NCBI GenBank assembly: GCA_009392515.1
Contig: VFGE01000020.1
Coordinates: 3,239 to 67,238, forward strand
Length of the DNA stretch: 64,000 nucleotides
Reading direction: 5' to 3'
Source of the DNA: SAR202 cluster bacterium
GTDB taxonomy: Bacteria > Chloroflexota > Dehalococcoidia > Lucifugimonadales > UBA6952
Below the pieces are notes generated by a model. It had not been told where the DNA came from, did no database searches, and saw only the letters and a program-made list of their open reading frames with translations. The position numbers were made by a program, and so were the translations under genes. Below are positions 59,839-64,000 of this stretch, piece by piece; position 1 is the first letter of the stretch, and each line of letters begins with the position of its first letter.

Positions 59839-60051
59839 TTAAGGTTTAGGTGATTCAGATGATTTCTCTGTTTCAGTAACGTCTTCTTTTTGTGCTACTG
59901 TTTCTGGTGATTCTTCTTCATCTTGGCCTCTTTTAAAAGCTTTTATACCTTTACCTAATGCTCCGCCAATCTCAGGCAGTTTACCTGCGCCAAAAACAAT
60001 TAAGATTATAAATAGAATAATTATTAATTCTGTAGGACCTATCCTAGGCAA
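59839..60051 (-). CDS. tatA: Twin-arginine translocase subunit TatA
   Basis: IGPTELIIILFIILIVFGAGKLPEIGGALGKGIKAFKRG is the canonical TatA pattern. The TTG at 60051 lies 8 nt after GGAG. The ORF-track GTG at 60060 overlaps that GGAG. Confidence 0.85.
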   Translation of the reverse strand: MPRIGPTELIIILFIILIVFGAGKLPEIGGALGKGIKAFKRGQDEEESPETVAQKEDVTETEKSSESPKP

Positions 60052-60115
60052 TTTACACACTCCAAATCATTAACTTATTGTTTAACATTATAGTCTTAGC
60101 ATTTTATTATGTCTA

Positions 60116-60143
60116 TTGACTATAATCACAAGTGATTTATACT
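60116..60143 (+). promoter_or_regulatory. Putative tRNA-Ala promoter (TTGACT-16 nt-TATACT)
   Basis: TTGACT at 60116-60121 and TATACT at 60138-60143, 22 nt upstream of the mature tRNA 5' end. Confidence 0.4.
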
Positions 60144-60165
60144 ATTGTTCTGGTATTCTTACTTT

Positions 60166-60241
60166 GGGGCTGTAGCTCAGCTGGGAGAGCGCCTGCTTTG
60201 CAAGCAGGATGTCAGGGGTTCGAGTCCCCTCAGCTCCACCA
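60166..60241 (+). tRNA. tRNA-Ala (anticodon UGC), CCA encoded
   Basis: GGGGCTGTAGCTCAGCTGGGAGAGCGCCTGCTTTGCAAGCAGGATGTCAGGGGTTCGAGTCCCCTCAGCTCCACCA. It forms a clean cloverleaf with a G3:U70-type acceptor and anticodon loop TTTGCAA. Confidence 0.95.
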
Positions 60242-60248
60242 TTAATTT
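60197..60248 (+). repeat. attL-like copy of the 52-bp direct repeat (tRNA-Ala anticodon loop to CCA plus 7 nt)
   Basis: TTTGCAAGCAGGATGTCAGGGGTTCGAGTCCCCTCAGCTCCACCATTAATTT is identical, 52/52, to 61596-61647. The flanking bases differ on both sides. Confidence 0.9.
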
Positions 60249-60299
60249 AGGTTCAAATTGTCACCTTTTCAGCTTAGGTGTCATCGCTATTTTTATCAA

Positions 60300-60322
60300 A
60301 GTCCTACACCTTGTCCTACAAC
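60300..60322 (+). repeat. Left arm-type repeat pair AGTCCTACAC / TGTCCTACAAC
   Basis: GTCCTACA at 60301-60308 and 60313-60320, 52 nt inside the attL-like repeat. Confidence 0.6.
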
Positions 60323-60427
60323 TGGCTTTTTTTTGGTCAAATAAATTGCACTTTTAATTATGTAAATTTTTCAACAATTACTATTTTTTGAAAGACCTTT
60401 TTAGAAAAAATAAATTAGGAGTTATTT

Positions 60428-60556
60428 ATGGAAGGATTGGCTGTAATCGGATTTGTTTTTGGAATGATGGGGATAGTAGCATTAGTTCGTGTTGAAAAAT
60501 TAATAAAAACTCTAAAAGCAAAAGGAATTCTTGAACAGAATTACAAAGAAGAATAA
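60428..60556 (+). CDS. Small single-TM peptide (42 aa), cargo of the cassette
   Basis: Not in the ORF track because it is under 60 aa. ATG lies 7 nt after AGGAG. Sequence: MEGLAVIGFVFGMMGIVALVRVEKLIKTLKAKGILEQNYKEE. Confidence 0.45.
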   Translation: MEGLAVIGFVFGMMGIVALVRVEKLIKTLKAKGILEQNYKEE

Positions 60557-60640
60557 CCTTTTTTATAAAAAATGAAATTGTCACTCATATCCTATTACCC
60601 CTATATCAAATCTCTAAGCCATACTCTTATGTCGACCCTG

Positions 60641-60649
60641 TGATATAAT
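60641..60649 (+). promoter_or_regulatory. Extended -10 promoter element TGATATAAT
   Basis: A TGnTATAAT match about 30 nt upstream of the 60679 ORF. There is no good -35, as is usual for extended -10 promoters. Confidence 0.35.
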
Positions 60650-60678
60650 CTCGGCATTATGAAAAGAGGGGTATGAAT

Positions 60679-60993
60679 ATGCCTAATACAATCGAGGTTC
60701 TTTTATTTGCAAAAATAAATGCTGTTGTACTGGGATTTTTAGGTTTAATATTAGGCTTATTATATTCTGTTGGTGGTTTGGTTATTGATATTCTCGTCAG
60801 TAATGGAAATATAAATTCAAACGAAACGTCTGGATTAGGTATTGGAACATTGTTAGCTTTTGGAGCAATAATTGGTATGCCATTTTTATTTTCATTGATA
60901 GGTTTTTTTTATGGAATAATTTCTGCTTTTCTCTATAACCTAATCTTTTGTAGAATTAGAACTCTCTTAGGTAATTCCTTATTTAAAGATTGA
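60679..60993 (+). CDS. Small polytopic membrane protein (about 104 aa), cargo of the cassette
   Basis: Three Gly-rich hydrophobic spans. The second ATG (60679) lies 7 nt after AGAGGGG; the ORF-track ATG at 60673 is only 1 nt after it. Confidence 0.55.
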   Translation: MPNTIEVLLFAKINAVVLGFLGLILGLLYSVGGLVIDILVSNGNINSNETSGLGIGTLLAFGAIIGMPFLFSLIGFFYGIISAFLYNLIFCRIRTLLGNSLFKD

Positions 60994-61036
60994 GTGTATT
61001 AATCGAAGAATAGAAAGGGCGAAAAAGGTTAAAATA

Positions 61037-61435
61037 ATGAAAGTAAAAATTATTAGTATTCCAGTTTTAGATCAGGATAAAGCTTTAATCTTTTATACTG
61101 AAAAGCTGGGATTTATACTAAAAAACGATGTCCCAATTGGTGATGGAAACAGATGGTTAACACTAGTTTCACCTGAGTGGGAAGATGGTCCTGAACTATT
61201 ATTAGAACCTGCACCAAAAACTTTCGAACCTTCTAAAGTCTACCAAGATGCACTAATGGAAGCTGGAATTCCATATACTCAATTAGATGTAAATAGTGTT
61301 GATACTGAATATAAAAGGCTCACAAAATTAGGTGTTGTTTTTAGCATAAAACCAACTGAAATGGGACCTGTTAAAATTGCCATTTTCAATGACACCTGTG
61401 GGAATCACATTCAAATTATTGAAAGCTTGAACTAA
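61037..61435 (+). CDS. VOC (glyoxalase/bleomycin-resistance/dioxygenase) superfamily protein
   Basis: 132 aa. Contains the N-terminal beta-alpha-beta-beta-beta module pattern (ISIPVLDQDKALIFYTEKLGF) and C-terminal FNDTCGNHIQIIE. Confidence 0.75.
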   Translation: MKVKIISIPVLDQDKALIFYTEKLGFILKNDVPIGDGNRWLTLVSPEWEDGPELLLEPAPKTFEPSKVYQDALMEAGIPYTQLDVNSVDTEYKRLTKLGVVFSIKPTEMGPVKIAIFNDTCGNHIQIIESLN

Positions 61436-61460
61436 AAAACTTTTTTTATTATGTCTGTCA

Positions 61461-61500
61461 CTGTCTACAAATTATCTTTGTCCTACAACAGTCCTACAAT
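61461..61500 (+). repeat. Right arm-type repeat cluster: (C)TGTCTACAA, TGTCCTACAAC, AGTCCTACAAT
   Basis: GTCCTACAA at 61480-61488 and 61491-61499, plus a degenerate copy at 61463-61470. They have the same orientation as the left pair and end 95 nt before the attR-like repeat. Confidence 0.6.
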
Positions 61501-61595
61501 GCCTAAGCGACTGTTAGCGACTGCAAGGTATGACATGAATATTATTTGCAAAGCCATGATAATCTATCCCAAAGCTAGCGATGGATTACAGGTAA

Positions 61596-61647
61596 TTTGC
61601 AAGCAGGATGTCAGGGGTTCGAGTCCCCTCAGCTCCACCATTAATTT
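61596..61647 (+). repeat. attR-like copy: displaced 3' half of tRNA-Ala (non-functional fragment) plus 7 nt
   Basis: 52/52 identical to 60197-60248. It lacks the tRNA 5' half and is followed by the terminator. Confidence 0.9.
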
Positions 61648-61658
61648 GAAACTAAAAA

Positions 61659-61692
61659 GCACCTAGAGATTCGTCTAAGTGCTTTTATTTTT
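61659..61692. terminator. Bidirectional intrinsic terminator (ancestral tRNA-Ala terminator; also serves the convergent HA-domain gene)
   Basis: Stem GCACCTAGA/TCTAAGTGC (9 bp, 1 mismatch) with loop GATTCG, followed by TTTTATTTTT. An A-run upstream provides the T-run on the other strand. Confidence 0.7.
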
Positions 61693-61720
61693 ACAAATCG
61701 CTGAACGTAATAGTTAGATT

Positions 61721-62167
61721 TTAATTAGGATTTTTAGGATTTGAACCTAATTTCCAATCTATATCAGCTTCTTTTAATCGTTTCTCACGATTAAGATCAA
61801 GAGTTCCTGCTCGTTTATACACTCTTTGTCTATTTAGCCAGTCGCCTATGCCCAAGTTATTATGCCTTGTTCCGCTAGAGGGGTCTCCATTATTTTTTGA
61901 TTTCCAGTCGATGAGTGCCCCTAAATAGCTTTCCCAGCTAGCACTAGTATTAAGGATTAAATGAGTTTTAATAGATTCTGAAAAAGAGGCAGTTATATTT
62001 GTTGGGCTATTAATTACAATCTTACTTGGCAACCTACTGCTAATATTTCCCCTTTTACCAAGTTCAAATCGTAGCCCATCTATTTCTTCCGCTAAAACCT
62101 GATCATGGTCTTTTAATGCAACGAGAATGTTCCACTCTTCAGTAAATCTCCAATTTTGTTTGCACAA
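61721..62167 (-). CDS. Helicase-associated (HA) domain-containing small protein
   Basis: WESYLGALIDWKSKNNGDPSSGTRHNNLGIGDWLNRQRVYKRAGTLDLNREKRLKEADIDW fits the HA-domain repeat pattern (W..L..F...G....LG.W...QR....G.L...R...L...G..W). Confidence 0.55.
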   Translation of the reverse strand: MCKQNWRFTEEWNILVALKDHDQVLAEEIDGLRFELGKRGNISSRLPSKIVINSPTNITASFSESIKTHLILNTSASWESYLGALIDWKSKNNGDPSSGTRHNNLGIGDWLNRQRVYKRAGTLDLNREKRLKEADIDWKLGSNPKNPN

Positions 62168-62321
62168 TTCATTCTCCTTATTCTGAATATTAGGATTCTC
62201 TAATAGCTTTATAGCAGTACTTGTTAGGTTTGCTCAGAAAAATCAATTTATACATCCAAGTGCATACTACATTACTGAGAGCCCTCAATGCATGATATGC
62301 CGCAATTCTATATCTTAGACA

Positions 62322-63968
62322 TTATTGTGATTTGAGATGCTTAGATGAATTAGCACGTGCTCTGCGTTTTCTATCCTCAATTTGACTATAACGTTCTTCA
62401 TACCATTTTGCTTCCACTGGTCCTGCAAAAGGGGGATGTTCAAATTTACAATTTTCCCCTTCGAGTCTCGGATCATTGCGATCTTGTAACGTTTTGAGGA
62501 GTTTAGATGAAAGCTCTTTCACAGTTTCAGAGTACTCTGGATCTCCTGCCACATTGATTAAATAGTCTGGGTCAGATTTCAAATCATATAGCTCTTCTGC
62601 AGGCCTCTTTCCAAAGCAAAGGTCAAATTTCGGTTTCACGTCGGGCTTACTTCGATTCGTTAGGAGCCATTCTTTTGTCGGGCCACCATCTAAGTCGTGA
62701 TAAACTGAACTGCGCATGCCACGAAAAGCTCCTAATTCGGCCATTTTCTCTGGGTCCACTATGTTCGGATCAATCAATTCTCCCGGATGCCCACTCGGCC
62801 ATCTATCAGGAGCGAAATTACGTATATACAAGTAGTCTTGAGTCCTGATGGCTCTAGAAGGATAGGGTTTGCCATCCTGTTGAGACAACGCAACGTGCCG
62901 TTCCCTACCTGTAATAACGTAACCGGAGCCAAAACTTGATTCACCTGAGGTCGATGCTGTCATTAAAGGAAGAAGACTTTCCACCATTTGATCAGGAGGA
63001 GTTTCACCAGCAGCTTCGAGAAAAGTTGGGGCAAGGTTCATTAGATTAACGAATTCGTGTATCACTTTTCCTGGCTGTATATTTTGGGGCCATCTGGCAG
63101 CAAGGGTAACTTGGGTTCCAATATCGTAGAGATTTGCCTTTGAACGAGGAAACCCCGGAATCCCGTGGTCGCCACTAATTACAATCAATGTGTTGTCCAA
63201 TTCTCCGATGTTATCCAATTCTTCGAGTATTATTCCGATTCCTGCGTCAACAGCCTGAGCTTCGCCAAGATAATCGTTAAAATCTTCCCGTATTTCGTGT
63301 ACGTCTGGCAGAAAATCCGGCATTTTCCCTTTTAATTTATCCGGATCCAGACCCCACAAGTCTTTCCCAGATCCTTTTTCCCATACTCTGTGAGTATTAA
63401 CGGGTCCCCACCAGTAGCAGAACGGATCACCTTCAGGGACATCTTCCAGAAATGAAGCAAAGTTCCTACGGGTTTCGTCATACAGGACTTCCTTGGCCGC
63501 TTCCACACCCATCTCGGGAACAAGCTTGGTAGCTTCAATTGAAAATTCCCGCCATTTGTTACCTGATGGTTCGTATTTAGCCCGGTAGCCCCCATGTGGT
63601 GCGTCTTCCGCAATTCCAGGAGACCAGACCTTGTACGTATAGCCAATGTGATAGCCTTTTTCTTCAAGGATTAGCGGGTAGGTAGGTATAGATTCATCCC
63701 AACGACCACCCTCCAGTATAGCCCCCAATCCTGTCTCCCAGAAGTATGTGCCGGACAGAATAGAGCTCCTACATGGAGTGCAGCTTGGCACAGGGACATG
63801 AGCGTTGGTAAATATAGCGCCTTCATCTACAACTCTATTGAAATTAGGTGTTTCGATAAGTGCATTTATAGAATCAGGGCCTTCGAACTTGGCGTAAGCA
63901 TTTGCATACCTTCCCCAGTCATCCGCAAATATAAAAACAATATTAGGCCTTTGGGTTGATTGCGTCAC
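62322..63968 (-). CDS. Cys-type sulfatase (arylsulfatase family), no signal peptide
   Basis: NIVFIFADDWG, formylglycine motif SCTPCRSSILSG (C-x-P-x-R) and GDHG. The GTG start lies 7 nt after AGGGGA. G+C is markedly higher than in the rest of the window. Confidence 0.88.
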   Translation of the reverse strand: MTQSTQRPNIVFIFADDWGRYANAYAKFEGPDSINALIETPNFNRVVDEGAIFTNAHVPVPSCTPCRSSILSGTYFWETGLGAILEGGRWDESIPTYPLILEEKGYHIGYTYKVWSPGIAEDAPHGGYRAKYEPSGNKWREFSIEATKLVPEMGVEAAKEVLYDETRRNFASFLEDVPEGDPFCYWWGPVNTHRVWEKGSGKDLWGLDPDKLKGKMPDFLPDVHEIREDFNDYLGEAQAVDAGIGIILEELDNIGELDNTLIVISGDHGIPGFPRSKANLYDIGTQVTLAARWPQNIQPGKVIHEFVNLMNLAPTFLEAAGETPPDQMVESLLPLMTASTSGESSFGSGYVITGRERHVALSQQDGKPYPSRAIRTQDYLYIRNFAPDRWPSGHPGELIDPNIVDPEKMAELGAFRGMRSSVYHDLDGGPTKEWLLTNRSKPDVKPKFDLCFGKRPAEELYDLKSDPDYLINVAGDPEYSETVKELSSKLLKTLQDRNDPRLEGENCKFEHPPFAGPVEAKWYEERYSQIEDRKRRARANSSKHLKSQ

Positions 63969-64000
63969 TGATTGGTCCCCTTTCCACCACTTATCTATTA

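Larger units (their letters stand above)
60197..61647. mobile_element. Integrase-less 1.35-kb tRNA-Ala-inserted cassette (CIME-like mini-island or decayed integrative element)
   Basis: Bounded by the perfect 52-bp direct repeat of the tRNA 3' half. The ancestral tRNA terminator is displaced to 61659-61692. Arm-like GTCCTACA(A) clusters sit inside both ends. The cargo is 3 small genes and no recombinase. Confidence 0.6.

Noticed and set aside
60031-60038. A fifth GTCCTACA copy (reverse strand) about 130 nt upstream of tRNA-Ala.
   Set aside because: It lies inside tatA, encoding the conserved IGPTEL motif (GGT CCT ACA). About one chance occurrence of this 8-mer per window is expected, and arm sites should lie inside the element, not in host flanking DNA.
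60282-60289. Inverted 8-mer CATCGCTA (60282-60289) / TAGCGATG (61576-61583) near the two cassette ends, considered as possible terminal inverted repeats.
   Set aside because: A single shared 8-mer between two ~200-bp regions is about what chance predicts. There is no extended inverted repeat around it.
60145-60357. ORFs 60145-60357, 61451-61666 and 36735-36992, which share the peptide [17 protein letters not shown] or run through tRNA genes.
   Set aside because: They are translations across tRNA-Ala, its duplicated 3' half, or the Cys/Leu/Trp tRNA cluster. The shared peptide simply reflects the 52-bp DNA repeat.
1-64000. Searched by eye for CRISPR arrays, IS elements or transposases, integrases, rRNA, toxin-antitoxin pairs and known multi-gene defence systems.
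   Set aside because: I saw no regularly spaced direct repeats, no recombinase, transposase or nuclease-ATPase defence-type ORFs, and no rRNA-like sequence. The only mobility signature is the recombinase-less tRNA-Ala cassette and the adjacent high-GC region.

Overview
This is a 64-kb segment of an AT-rich, very compact bacterial chromosome that reads cleanly with the standard code. Sampled 60-nt lines give 14/60 G+C at 57001-57060 and 20/60 at 40021-40080. I can support about 66 protein genes and 5 tRNAs (Leu-UAA, Cys-GCA, Leu-GAG, Trp-CCA, Ala-UGC). I found no rRNA, no CRISPR array and no recognisable integrase or transposase ORF.

Housekeeping backbone: clpP (partial)-tig, aspS, queG, rpsT, rel/spoT, hisS, prfA-prmC, trmL, rsmI, metG, a polyprenyl synthase, lipA, an rlmD-like::maf fusion, and tatB-like/tatC/tatA. 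There is also a complete caa3-type cytochrome c oxidase locus (ctaG, an unknown membrane ORF, ctaF, ctaE, ctaD, ctaC), divergent from a fused ctaA-ctaB and an SCO1-like gene.

Between these sit many catabolic or 'promiscuous enzyme' genes: two tandem acyl-CoA dehydrogenases plus MmgE/PrpD, two amidohydrolases, DUF1028, crotonase, a TPP enzyme, haloalkane dehalogenase, an MTHFR-like protein, SDRs, NIPSNAP, an ICL/PEPM-family enzyme, an MDR dehydrogenase, glycerate kinase and an orphan family-5 solute-binding protein. This repertoire suggests a streamlined marine heterotroph, possibly SAR202-like Chloroflexota. That taxonomic guess is inference only.

Convergent genes repeatedly overlap or abut with no terminator between them.

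Most interesting region: the tRNA-Ala locus at 60.2-64 kb.
- A 52-bp perfect direct repeat of the tRNA-Ala 3' half brackets a 1.35-kb integrase-less cassette.
- The cassette carries clustered GTCCTACA(A) arm-like repeats at both ends.
- Directly beyond it the composition jumps to about 47% G+C (HA-domain protein and a leaderless-looking Cys-type sulfatase), consistent with a second, larger island running off the window.

Other points worth a second look:
- an m5U-methyltransferase::Maf 'Rosetta-stone' fusion
- a perfect TGTGA-N6-TCACA (CRP/FNR-type) operator in the divergent cox promoter region
- a probable catalytically dead trypsin-like lipoprotein
- a Cys-less tandem desulforedoxin-like mini-protein
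- an ORF with about 70 open codons upstream and no canonical start codon

I did not find a recognisable multi-gene defence or toxin system.
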